Positions 38,836 to 47,613 of a stretch of DNA of 64,000 nt are shown in pieces. Numbering within the stretch: position 1 is the stretch's first letter; each line of letters starts with the position of its first letter. The notes beneath the pieces were generated by a model that saw only the letters and a list, made by a program, of their open reading frames with translations, was not told where the DNA came from and searched no databases. The position numbers were made by a program, and so were the translations under genes. Source of the DNA: a virus; IMG/VR virus record IMGVR_UViG_3300032213_003144, positions 64,001 through 128,000 of that record; one strand, 5' to 3'.

Positions 38836-39597
38836 CTACTTCTTTCTCGTTACACTACGTTTTTTGCCGCCAGACTTAACTGTCTTCTTCGTCTTTGACT
38901 GAGCTGTTTTTGCTCTTTTTGAAGAAGCTGCAGCACGTGGTCTTTTAACAATTGGCGGTCTAAGACCCTTCATCGGTGACTTAACTCCACCAGCCTTGTT
39001 GATTCCAGATGGTGTTGCTCGCTTTGCTATCTGCAATCTATCCAATCCTTCTTCGTTGGTGACGCGCTTTTTCTTTCCAGCACCAACCCTAACTCCGCCA
39101 CGCTTGGCCATTCTCTCGAATGCGCGCTTCTTGATGTCGGTGTATTGTTTGGTTTGTGTCAAGCCAATATATGATGAGCCCTGACCTGCACGACGTGTAA
39201 CTTTTTCATCACTTCTACGTAGGCTCTCTTTTGTATCTCTCTTGAGCTTTATTCTTCCAGTTCTCTTGTTTTTTGCAATTTTAGCTCTTTTTGACGCTGA
39301 ACCCTTTTTGGTAATACCATCACGAGAGTATTGCTGCATTTTAAAAAGGTCGCCGTAGTTACCCTTCTTTAAATCGCGCTTTGTAACACCAAAGATGTCA
39401 GTTGCCATAGCGGCGAAACGGTCATACTTTTGTTGGTCTCGTTTGTTGAGTTTGGCTGCTTTTACTTTTTTCCCAGCCTTTTGGGCGGCCTGAGCTGCAC
39501 GCTTGAGTGACTGCTCTTTTTTATTGAGGTCGACTATGCCCTTATAGATATAAGCAGCATCATCCGAAATATCTGGGCCGTAACGTACACCTGGCAT
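38836..39597 (-). CDS. Highly basic Lys/Arg-rich protein (possible nucleic-acid binding)
   Basis: K/R-rich throughout; AGGAG RBS. Confidence 0.65.
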   Translation of the reverse strand: MPGVRYGPDISDDAAYIYKGIVDLNKKEQSLKRAAQAAQKAGKKVKAAKLNKRDQQKYDRFAAMATDIFGVTKRDLKKGNYGDLFKMQQYSRDGITKKGSASKRAKIAKNKRTGRIKLKRDTKESLRRSDEKVTRRAGQGSSYIGLTQTKQYTDIKKRAFERMAKRGGVRVGAGKKKRVTNEEGLDRLQIAKRATPSGINKAGGVKSPMKGLRPPIVKRPRAAASSKRAKTAQSKTKKTVKSGGKKRSVTRKK

Positions 39598-39671
39598 AAA
39601 ACTCCTTGGACATAAAAATATACCAGAAAATATGCCTACAACCTGGACACCATTTAATTAAGTTTTATTAA

Positions 39672-40232
39672 TCACCTGTCAGCATTTGGTGGCGATTCAA
39701 AGAATGGCCCAGAAATACCCTCTTTCCCGGATGGGGCCTCTATCGGGACCCATGCACGAGCATAGTTGTGTTCTTTTATCTTTCGCACTTTTATCAGACT
39801 GCTGTCAAGCATTAACGATAACTCATCAGATTTCATGCACAACATGTCATCAAAATCCTGGTTCGTGTAGCGACCTGACCGTTTCATCTCGCGAACTATT
39901 TTTGAAAGCTTTGCTGCAACAATGACAGATTTTCCTCGATTTAGCTGAATGTGCATCATCATTGCTTCTAGCTTGTCGCAATCATGGAATACAACAGGTA
40001 TACGATTGCCGTGAATTTCAGATATTTCAGAAATACTCATAAATAGGTTGTATCTCTCCGAACCATCTATTATCTCGCCAGTCTCCCTCCGTGCGTGTAT
40101 TGGGTGTATGAACCCATGCTGCATTAAGGATGAAGAAATTACGAGCAGCTCAGGTCTAATCGTGTATGTTGTCTTCCAATCTGGGATAACGAGCGAGCCA
40201 GCACTAACCCATTCAATTTTTATTTCTTTCAT
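39672..40232 (-). CDS. ParB/Srx-like N-terminal domain protein (IbrB-like)
   Basis: SL..HGFI.PI, IIDG.ER, IPVV, AM..HI.LNR.K. Confidence 0.7.
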   Translation of the reverse strand: MKEIKIEWVSAGSLVIPDWKTTYTIRPELLVISSSLMQHGFIHPIHARRETGEIIDGSERYNLFMSISEISEIHGNRIPVVFHDCDKLEAMMMHIQLNRGKSVIVAAKLSKIVREMKRSGRYTNQDFDDMLCMKSDELSLMLDSSLIKVRKIKEHNYARAWVPIEAPSGKEGISGPFFESPPNADR

Positions 40233-41356
40233 AGTTCTAGTTCGCTTTCAATTATTCTCACTGCATTTGCTTTGGTCTTTGGTCCAACAGGGGTCGGCGA
40301 ATTAACATCTATCTCATTGAGCATGAGATTTCTTATTAACCAAGAAATCGGATATCCATATGGGTCCTGAATATGTTTTTTTCTAAACTTTGAAACATAA
40401 ACACGCGCTTCCATTTTTCTTCTATCGCCAACAAGATACTCTTCAATAAACTCAGATGCACCATCAAATCCTCTACCAGAGTATCTGGCAATAAGGCTTT
40501 CGCTGTCAAATTCAGGCCACCACCTTCGCTGCGCGTCGATGAACGGGAAGCACTCCCAAAGCCTGTCATAAAATTCTGGCTCAGTAGCAATAACATCGCC
40601 TATCCTTCTGATTGCTGTTGCATGGAGCGGTATCCCAACCCTCGTATTACTACCAGTAGCTACCGCCAAGTCGTAGTACTCACAGTATTCGGCTCCGTGT
40701 TCTTCTGTTATGAACTTAAATACGTCATTCGTATTCCAGTCATAAATTACTTTTGCAAATTTAAGAGGAATTCCAGCCTTGAGTTTATATGGAGTATTGA
40801 TGTAATTTTCGTGCAGTTTCTGGACTACGGAGCGATATCGCACCATTGACTCACTAGCCCTAACTCCTGTAAGAAACGCAACATTGCCCTTTTTACCCTG
40901 CATCGTGTAGTAGTCGGTTTGTTCAGGGAGAGACGTACTATGCGATAGACCAAAGTGGTTACCGTTGATAGCAAACTCTGGCATGTCTCTTAGCCATCTT
41001 TGCTGCTCGCCTCTTTGCTCACTCCATAGGATTGTTGTGAGCCTATATCCAAGAATCCAAATTTCAGCAGGGTATGGCAAGCAGTACCACTCCATATCAA
41101 CCCAGTCGTAGTTCCTGACCTTCTCAACGTATTCAACAACGCTTGGGCTCACCATCTCTTCGTCACGGAAAATAACTTTTACCGGACCGAGTCCTCTTTC
41201 TTCGTGCACTTCTTTGGCTAGATAGAGAATTGCTGTTGAGTCTTTCCCACCAGAAAACTGAACGCACACCGTGTCGAACTGGTCGTAGACATGCCTAATA
41301 CGCTGTCTTGCAGCATCCACGCATGTCATATCTAGGAATAATCTCTGTCTAGTCAT
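40229..41356 (-). CDS. PAPS reductase-family PP-loop protein (IbrA-like)
   Basis: V.FSGGKDS, F.DEE, TGVRA.ES..R, IYDW...DV. Confidence 0.85.
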   Translation of the reverse strand: MTRQRLFLDMTCVDAARQRIRHVYDQFDTVCVQFSGGKDSTAILYLAKEVHEERGLGPVKVIFRDEEMVSPSVVEYVEKVRNYDWVDMEWYCLPYPAEIWILGYRLTTILWSEQRGEQQRWLRDMPEFAINGNHFGLSHSTSLPEQTDYYTMQGKKGNVAFLTGVRASESMVRYRSVVQKLHENYINTPYKLKAGIPLKFAKVIYDWNTNDVFKFITEEHGAEYCEYYDLAVATGSNTRVGIPLHATAIRRIGDVIATEPEFYDRLWECFPFIDAQRRWWPEFDSESLIARYSGRGFDGASEFIEEYLVGDRRKMEARVYVSKFRKKHIQDPYGYPISWLIRNLMLNEIDVNSPTPVGPKTKANAVRIIESELEL

Positions 41357-42162
41357 GGTGTGTGCTCTGAGATAAATGAAATTAATTTCTCAGCAACAGT
41401 GTCACCTTCCAATCCTGCGTCAGAACGTAGCCACTTTATGAACGTATACCACTCAGCTTGTTGCTGAGTGTCGTCAAAAACTATTGTGTACTGAACAACA
41501 GCCTGTGGTGCCGAGCGAGGGGAAACCGTGGTTGAACCCCTAATCACTGCGTCGTTCTGGTCGACTCCAGGACGAACATTTATTTGCTGATTTCCATCTT
41601 TGTCTTTTGTTATTGAGACGGTATTTAGGTCGACCGACGTGTCTTTCTTTACTTTTTCTTCTTCTTCTTCTTCTTTAGAAAAAATAATTGGTGGAACGTA
41701 TTTGTCCGAACCAAGAACTTGATACTCTTCCCTGATTGATGTCTGTTCAAATTCTGCAATCTCGAACTCATCCCATCCAAGACTGTCAACGAGCTCTGGA
41801 TACTCTTCGTGAATTTCAAGGATGAACTCACTTAGCAATTCCGCTTCTGTGTAGCCAAGCTCCATTGTTCTGTTGTCGGCAATAGCAAATGCAATCGCCT
41901 TCTTATTGTCAACGTCATAGCTAACTGCTGCTATCTTGTCCCATCCAAGAAGTTTTGCTGCTTCTAGCTGATGGTTACCCGCAATAACTGTTGCCGTTCC
42001 ATCGTCGTTTGGGCGAATAACAATTGGTTTTATCTGCCCAAATTCTTTATATGAAGCCATGATTGACTGGACGTTACCTTTTCTTGGGTTTCCCTCAAGT
42101 GGAACAAGTTTGTCGACATCAACAGCAAGTTGCTTTAATGATTCGTGAATTTTATCTGACAT
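41353..42162 (-). CDS. ParB/Srx N-terminal domain protein
   Basis: NPRKG, S..EFGQ.KPIV, VIAGNH.LEAAK.LGW, A.AIADNR. Confidence 0.85.
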   Translation of the reverse strand: MSDKIHESLKQLAVDVDKLVPLEGNPRKGNVQSIMASYKEFGQIKPIVIRPNDDGTATVIAGNHQLEAAKLLGWDKIAAVSYDVDNKKAIAFAIADNRTMELGYTEAELLSEFILEIHEEYPELVDSLGWDEFEIAEFEQTSIREEYQVLGSDKYVPPIIFSKEEEEEEKVKKDTSVDLNTVSITKDKDGNQQINVRPGVDQNDAVIRGSTTVSPRSAPQAVVQYTIVFDDTQQQAEWYTFIKWLRSDAGLEGDTVAEKLISFISEHTP

Positions 42163-42164
42163 AG

Positions 42165-42500
42165 TTATACCTGTGTTCTGACGTTTGCATTGAGTGTTCT
42201 CATTGCGTCAATTGATGTTCTTAGGGATAGAAGTAATTCTCTCTTCGTTTTAACTAACGCCTCTGCGCACCTGTAGTCAAAATTTTGCTCGTCCATCTTG
42301 TAGTCCGCCCAAGCTTCTCGCTCCTTGATTGAACCCTTCGCGGATAAATATTCGCGAGCCCATGTTGACTTATAGAGCGCATCTTTTTTTGCAGCGTCCA
42401 TCGCTAAGGTTTCAAATTTTTCTGTTTCTGTTTCAAGTCTGTCTATTAGTCTTATAAGCTCTTGTTCAATTTCTACCTGGCTTATGGGTGATGTTCTCAT
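42165..42500 (-). CDS. Coiled-coil hypothetical protein
   Basis: ATG 42500 coupled to the RuvC stop; GGGG RBS-like run. Confidence 0.6.
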   Translation of the reverse strand: MRTSPISQVEIEQELIRLIDRLETETEKFETLAMDAAKKDALYKSTWAREYLSAKGSIKEREAWADYKMDEQNFDYRCAEALVKTKRELLLSLRTSIDAMRTLNANVRTQV

Positions 42501-43027
42501 TATTCCCCTTTTTTCTCGATTGGCGTCCAATCTACCTTGGCTAGGGCATCCATGTTCTGTGCCGGCCAATTAAATCGTGGTTTACCTATGTGGGCCAAGC
42601 CCATCTCCTGCAGAACCCACGCGTCACATCTGTCATCAGCTCCAGGATTTTGCCAAACAATTCCAGTACGTGCTGATATAGACGAAATCACTTCATTTTT
42701 TGATGCGTTTCCTTTTCCGGTTGCAAACTTTGCTCGACACGTTGGGGGTATCGTTACGTAGGGAATTCCAATTTGCCACAGCAGTAGGCGAATCACCCCA
42801 CCGAGCTCTCCAATAGAGAAAGCCTGACCGCTGCGTGAAGCAAACGAGTAACCCTCAAGCATGACGGCCTTTACCTCGTATCTATTGATTAGGGATTCTA
42901 TTTCCCTTTTTACTAGCCAGAGTCTTTCTGGTCCAGACTTATTAAAAGAGATAACTCCAGATTCGTCGCCAAACGCATACCCAGTTGATGTTAGGGATAG
43001 GTCTAGTCCAAGAAAATCGTTTATCAC
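42500..43027 (-). CDS. RuvC-like Holliday junction resolvase
   Basis: LGLDLSLTSTG, VMLEGY, ELGG, P...KFATGKGNASK, DD.CDA; leaderless TAGTAT-6 nt-GTG. Confidence 0.85.
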   Translation of the reverse strand: MINDFLGLDLSLTSTGYAFGDESGVISFNKSGPERLWLVKREIESLINRYEVKAVMLEGYSFASRSGQAFSIGELGGVIRLLLWQIGIPYVTIPPTCRAKFATGKGNASKNEVISSISARTGIVWQNPGADDRCDAWVLQEMGLAHIGKPRFNWPAQNMDALAKVDWTPIEKKGE

Positions 43028-43044
43028 AGTGACATACTAACCTA

Positions 43045-43085
43045 AAAGCAAAAACCCACCGAACATCCAGCGAGTTCGGTGGGTT
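43045..43085 (-). terminator. Intrinsic terminator
   Basis: 12-bp perfect stem AACCCACCGAAC/GTTCGGTGGGTT, 9-nt loop, then TTTGCTTTT on the - strand. Confidence 0.8.
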
Positions 43086-43186
43086 AAATTCGAACCGTTT
43101 GCGGCGGCTCAGAATCATTGCCGTGTAGGAACACTCGACTCTTGGACCACCGCCTTTCTTCCGTGAAGGGTAGATATCGGCTAGAC
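43045..43186 (-). ncRNA. Candidate sRNA-1 (~140 nt) with a segment complementary to the 16S rRNA 3' end
   Basis: TGcTAACCT -10 at 43193-43201, predicted +1 G at 43186, terminator at 43045-85; contains AGAAAGGCGGUGGUCCA. Confidence 0.55.
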
Positions 43187-43252
43187 GAATTAAGGTTAGC
43201 ACTTATGTTATGCACTAATAAGTGAAGAGCTTTTAAATAATGTTCCACTAAA

Positions 43253-43316
43253 GTAAAAAACGCAAAAGCCGAGTGAGTCTCCCCACCCGACTTTCGCGCC
43301 TATAACGGTCCTAAGA
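43253..43316 (-). ncRNA. Candidate sRNA-2 (~63 nt) antisense to 23S rRNA helix 69
   Basis: TATCGT -10 at 43323-28; 5' CUUAGGACCGUUAUAG, then an 18-bp WC/GU stem with GAGA loop and U tract. Confidence 0.6.
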
Positions 43317-43374
43317 ATTACAACGATACACCCGTACTAAATAGTGAAAGTGTTAATTATAAAACTATAAATAA

Positions 43375-43716
43375 TTATCTTTCCCAGCCATGTTTTGCTA
43401 ACCCTAAATCAAACGCAAGTTGAGGGTAATTACCAATTCTTACGTGACACAGCCTGCAAACTGCAAGTACATTTTCCTCATCAAGTATGGAGCCACCCTG
43501 AGAGCGTCTGATTATTTCGTGAACATCCCTACTGAGATGTTGGTTGTATGTCGTCTTGCCGTCGTGAGTTGCAAAAACTTTACAAGCCTCGCATGCCGGT
43601 CTTTCCCTTAGTATTTTTTCAACAAACTTACGCCGTTCGACATAAATCTCTTCGGTTTTTGCACTTCTTTTTTTAGGAGGGCCACTTCTCTTGATTGGTT
43701 TGTTTCTTCGAATCAT
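43375..43716 (-). CDS. HNH endonuclease-like protein
   Basis: CEAC, DVHEIIRRSQGG, NVLAVCRLCH. Confidence 0.75.
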   Translation of the reverse strand: MIRRNKPIKRSGPPKKRSAKTEEIYVERRKFVEKILRERPACEACKVFATHDGKTTYNQHLSRDVHEIIRRSQGGSILDEENVLAVCRLCHVRIGNYPQLAFDLGLAKHGWER

Positions 43717-43744
43717 TGGCGACCTCTATGCTCATGTTGTTTAC

Positions 43745-44254
43745 CTAGAGTGAATCCTCGCTAATGTCTTCGAATGTCCACTTGTTATCAAGAGTATCCC
43801 ACAGCGAACGGTCTATCGCCGTATCTTCTAGGTCAAAATCCCTGAGCATTGCTCTGTGCTTTGCTATTGCTCGCTTGAAGAACTCAACCTGTTCCCAGCC
43901 ATCGTTTTGCATTTCTTGGCCAGTCGAAATCATGACAGCAACTTCATCAAGCCTTCTATCAACATGAAATTTGAAGCGTTTAATTCTTGTTGCCTTGGTC
44001 TCGTAGTAGGAACCAGCTTCGCGAGTTAGCTTTGTTCCAGCCCTCCCTAGCGAGCCGTATCGTGCAAGGTCGGACTCTGAGTCAGCCTCTATATCGTCGA
44101 TTTGAAGTTGGAGATTATTGGATAGTGCGAGAAGTGCGTCTTTCCATTTTTCCCAGTTCTCCTGCTTCATTAATTCTTTTTTATGCAAAGGTGACAGTTT
44201 GTTTTTAACTTCTTCTGCAACCATGCGCGCAAAAGCATCGTCGTTCGTAATCAT
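43745..44254 (-). CDS. Hypothetical helical protein
   Basis: Long ORF in operon, GGGG RBS-like run. Confidence 0.65.
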   Translation of the reverse strand: MITNDDAFARMVAEEVKNKLSPLHKKELMKQENWEKWKDALLALSNNLQLQIDDIEADSESDLARYGSLGRAGTKLTREAGSYYETKATRIKRFKFHVDRRLDEVAVMISTGQEMQNDGWEQVEFFKRAIAKHRAMLRDFDLEDTAIDRSLWDTLDNKWTFEDISEDSL

Positions 44255-44264
44255 TTAATTCCCC

Positions 44265-45056
44265 TTATTTCCAGGCTGGACAAAAAGACTTGTATCCGCA
44301 CCATCCACACAAAACTGACTTCTTGGCTTCAAACTCCCCGGAGACACATCTTTCGTCTATTCCGGACTTTGTGTTTTGTATCTTCTCAACAACCCGACTA
44401 ACGTCAGATGGGGTTATCTGCATCTCAAAGCGAACTCCGTCTTTCAGGTACAAAAGTTCGGCTGATGATTCTTCTGATTCAATCCCGATGCTTGAAAGAA
44501 GCTGGGAATAAATAATCAATTGGAAGAACCTGTCTTGAAGGTCTGATTTGCGTGGAGTTTTACCTGTCTTGTAGTCACTGATTTTTGGTGCTCCAGTAAC
44601 TGCGTCCTGAGTAAGTCGGTCGATGAATCCACGTATTTTGACTCCACCAATCCCACCACTAACGAAAGACTCAAGGCTATGAGGCGCTATTAACGCTGGG
44701 TCTTCAAGTCTCCAAAGGTTTTCAACACACCACCAAGCAGACCATCTGAATAGCTTTAGATTTTTGTCATCGGTCACAATCTCTTGAACCTGTACCGCCC
44801 ACTTTGTGTCCCACTGTTCTTTGGCAATTATTTTTGCTTGTTCCTGTGTTCTGAACTCTGGTGGGAGTTTGTACATTTCTTCAAGAATGTCGTGAACAAA
44901 GTTGCCGAGAAGAGCTTCTTTGCCACTTGGGTCCTTGATGTTGTCAATCTTGCTGTACTTAAATTTAAGCGGGCACTGATTAAATGTAGAGATGGATGAT
45001 GGTGATAGAAACTCTGGAGCTTTTAGTCCACCATTACTGTTACTTTGTGTCGACAT
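44265..45056 (-). CDS. Cas4/RecB-like PD-(D/E)XK exonuclease with Fe-S cysteines
   Basis: LSPS.I..F..CP, G..VH..LE, GFIDR, DYKTG, QL..Y, C.WC.Y...CP. Confidence 0.88.
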   Translation of the reverse strand: MSTQSNSNGGLKAPEFLSPSSISTFNQCPLKFKYSKIDNIKDPSGKEALLGNFVHDILEEMYKLPPEFRTQEQAKIIAKEQWDTKWAVQVQEIVTDDKNLKLFRWSAWWCVENLWRLEDPALIAPHSLESFVSGGIGGVKIRGFIDRLTQDAVTGAPKISDYKTGKTPRKSDLQDRFFQLIIYSQLLSSIGIESEESSAELLYLKDGVRFEMQITPSDVSRVVEKIQNTKSGIDERCVSGEFEAKKSVLCGWCGYKSFCPAWK

Positions 45057-45747
45057 ATTTGCCACCAAACTGAAGACGCAAGGCTTCTACTACGAGGGCC
45101 TGTAGGTCATCGAGTGACGCTGTTGTCTTCGTTGGCTTTGGCTTGCCGCCACTGTGCGTGGACCAGAACTCGTTGAGTTCATTCTTTTGCTCCTTGGTGA
45201 GCGCTTTTGTTATTTCAACAAAAGTATCCCACTTCTCTTCCAGCTCTGTTTTTGGTGCTACCTCAACTGGTTCTGCTTGGTGGGGTGTCGAGAAGCCGGC
45301 TTCCATTGCATCCTCAATATCCATCGCGTCTGCAGAGCGTGACAGGTAAAGGCCAACACCAATCAGTTGCGCAGCTTTTTTGAGCGCATCAGAAACTGCC
45401 ATTTTTCTTGAGTTTCCGTAATCCAACGGTTTCCCAGTTGCTTTGATTCTTTTTACTGGTGCTCCGCCAACGGCATGCTTTACGACTCTCTTGCCGTTTC
45501 CAAAATCAACAGTGAGGCTCACATGGGCACTCAGCTCATCGACATTTGTTGAAACTTCATCGCAGCTAATTATTTCGAACGACCAACCATCAACGCCGAG
45601 AACTTTGTTGAGACGATTTATGACTTCACTCACGGGGATGAACTTTAAGTTGACCCCAGAAAGATTCATGCTTTTTTCCATCTCCTCAGGGAATGGTGCG
45701 TAAAGCGCTTGGGTTATTGCCTGTTCGTTTACTTGTTGTTGTTCCAT
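45040..45747 (-). CDS. Rad52/Sak-like single-strand annealing protein
   Basis: L..PF, VINRLN.VLG.DGW, K.AVSDALKKAA...GVG.YL. Confidence 0.85.
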   Translation of the reverse strand: MEQQQVNEQAITQALYAPFPEEMEKSMNLSGVNLKFIPVSEVINRLNKVLGVDGWSFEIISCDEVSTNVDELSAHVSLTVDFGNGKRVVKHAVGGAPVKRIKATGKPLDYGNSRKMAVSDALKKAAQLIGVGLYLSRSADAMDIEDAMEAGFSTPHQAEPVEVAPKTELEEKWDTFVEITKALTKEQKNELNEFWSTHSGGKPKPTKTTASLDDLQALVVEALRLQFGGKYVDTK

Positions 45748-45775
45748 AGTTGGTTCTATCTCCTATTTCTAGTGG

Positions 45776-46267
45776 TTATTTTGCTTTGCGAACAATGATG
45801 CTTGTTTTGAGGTCGCCGACTTCACAGTAGTTGTCTGGATTAATGCCAATTTTATTGAGTTCTTTAACTCTCCAGTACGATGGCGCGCAATAGGTCAGCA
45901 TGTCAAGAGCGATTTCTTGTGGAGACTTTGTAATCTCACCAGTATCCATGTCTACGGACATCTTCATCAACTTGTCCGCAACCGCAGAACCAAGGTCTTT
46001 GTGCTTCCAGCCCTTGCGCTCGTATGACGAGTTCTTTTCAATTTTGATTCCGCTTGCAAGATTGACCTCTTGCTCATCGCCAATGATTCTTCCCATTGCA
46101 TAAACGTAAGAATCGTAAGCAGTTGCTAAATCGCGCTTCAAGAAATTCAACTCAGCCAGTAACTCGCATGCCTCTGTGACATCTGGATTTGAGTCTGCGT
46201 ATTCCATGAGTTCTGAATCAAGCTCAGCGACGAGCTTTTTAATAAGGTCTAATTTTTCATTGTTCAT
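45776..46267 (-). CDS. Hypothetical protein
   Basis: AAGGA RBS; WRV..L..IGI.PD.YC motif. Confidence 0.65.
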   Translation of the reverse strand: MNNEKLDLIKKLVAELDSELMEYADSNPDVTEACELLAELNFLKRDLATAYDSYVYAMGRIIGDEQEVNLASGIKIEKNSSYERKGWKHKDLGSAVADKLMKMSVDMDTGEITKSPQEIALDMLTYCAPSYWRVKELNKIGINPDNYCEVGDLKTSIIVRKAK

Positions 46268-46299
46268 TTTTAATATTCCTTGTGGTAGTGGGTCTATCT

Positions 46300-47613
46300 C
46301 TAGAGCAGTATAGAAACTTTTCTCCTCTGAGGCAACCCCAGGCCAGTTAAAAATGTGAAAGCTCCAGTAGCGGAGTCAACCTGGTCGTCGTGGTCGCAAG
46401 ATTCAGGAAAAGACGAGAATTCGTCTAGCCAGTTGGATAGCCATGGAGCCCTAACGACCCTCACGTTTCCATTTGCAACAGCAGCCGCGAATGGTCTTGC
46501 TCTGGTTTCTTTATCTCCAGTTGACCGTATTGCGGAGAAGTCATAGCCAGGAAGGACGTATCTTGCGTACTGGTCGGCTAGGGCCTTGCCAGACGAGCCT
46601 GGTTCCTGCTCCATTCGTATCGCCACGCCATGCCCGTCCTCTAGTGCTGTTTGGGCTAGAAGCTGCTCAACCTTCTCTCCTCGGACACGGGCTCTCCGTA
46701 CGTCAAGAACGTAGGATATGCCCTCATCAAGCAGCATAAGGGTCCCTACGGTCCAGTCAGGGTCAGGGTTTGAAGATGTTGGCTCTGATGCTGCCAAGTC
46801 CCAGAATCGAACAACTCGCGCAGAACTGGTTATTGGAGGGAGTTCGGCCGAATCAATGATAACGAACCCTGTTCTATCAAATAGGGTGCCGAGCGTTGTG
46901 CTCCACCAGTCGCCCTCCTCTAGTCGTCTGCGTTCAATTGGGTCTAGGGCCTGAAGGGCTTGGCGATATGAAACAGCATCAATTCCTGGGTTATCTGTCA
47001 GTTTTGAAGGAACGAAGATTCTCCCCTCCTGGCGGCCCTCAACGATAAATCGCTGCCTAACCCAATTGGGTGCTGGGTTTGAGGCACATCGCATTCTAAG
47101 GGGAATCTGAGAAACTGGTCCGCTATTTGGACGGCGCAATCGTGAGAAGAGGTATCTATAGTCTGACTCTCGTATTTCAGTGACTTCATCCATCCCTATA
47201 AATTGGAACTCTGAACCCTTATAACGAAGGTAGTCATTGACATTGTTCAGGTAACCGAAAGATACCCTGGCTCCAGATGGGAAGGTAGCGATAAACGTAT
47301 TGCTATTCCAGTGGATGTCATCGTAGTTTGCCATCCATGTCTTGAATCGGTCCATCAACGCTCCAGGGAGCGACAAGTCAGCAAAAGTTCTACGGAAGAG
47401 AATTGCCGAATAACCAGGAATATCTACGTATTGAAGTGCCGACATTAGTAGTGCTGAAGATTTGCCACCACCAGCAGCGCCTCCAAAAAGGGCTTCAAGT
47501 GCGTGCGTTCTGAGAAAAACCTTTTGATTGAGTGATGGCTCCTCAGGACAGAACGGAGTCTCCTTTGGCGTGAGGTACTTAAGCACCTCGTCCCAATTTG
47601 GTTTATTAGCCAT
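46300..47613 (-). CDS. Terminase large subunit
   Basis: LFGGAAGGGKS Walker A, IGMDE Walker B, ASNP, DNP, WDLA, EQEPG, HDDQVD. Confidence 0.93.
   Translation of the reverse strand: MANKPNWDEVLKYLTPKETPFCPEEPSLNQKVFLRTHALEALFGGAAGGGKSSALLMSALQYVDIPGYSAILFRRTFADLSLPGALMDRFKTWMANYDDIHWNSNTFIATFPSGARVSFGYLNNVNDYLRYKGSEFQFIGMDEVTEIRESDYRYLFSRLRRPNSGPVSQIPLRMRCASNPAPNWVRQRFIVEGRQEGRIFVPSKLTDNPGIDAVSYRQALQALDPIERRRLEEGDWWSTTLGTLFDRTGFVIIDSAELPPITSSARVVRFWDLAASEPTSSNPDPDWTVGTLMLLDEGISYVLDVRRARVRGEKVEQLLAQTALEDGHGVAIRMEQEPGSSGKALADQYARYVLPGYDFSAIRSTGDKETRARPFAAAVANGNVRVVRAPWLSNWLDEFSSFPESCDHDDQVDSATGAFTFLTGLGLPQRRKVSILL

Noticed and set aside
42942-43202. 86-aa - strand ORF across the sRNA-1 region
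   Set aside because: Starts inside the predicted -10 element, runs through a strong terminator and overlaps RuvC out of frame; no protein features
43300-43315. rRNA gene fragment or I-CeuI homing site
   Set aside because: Identity to 23S stops after 16 nt on both sides; no intron or LAGLIDADG gene; hairpin asymmetry favours the antisense strand
44265-45056. CRISPR-Cas system suggested by the Cas4-like gene
   Set aside because: No repeat-spacer array or other cas genes seen; context beside a Rad52-like annealase indicates recombination
45776-46267. NLASG in a non-structural protein as another processing site
   Set aside because: First residue does not fit the consensus and the context is not an obvious linker; it shows that single near-matches arise by chance
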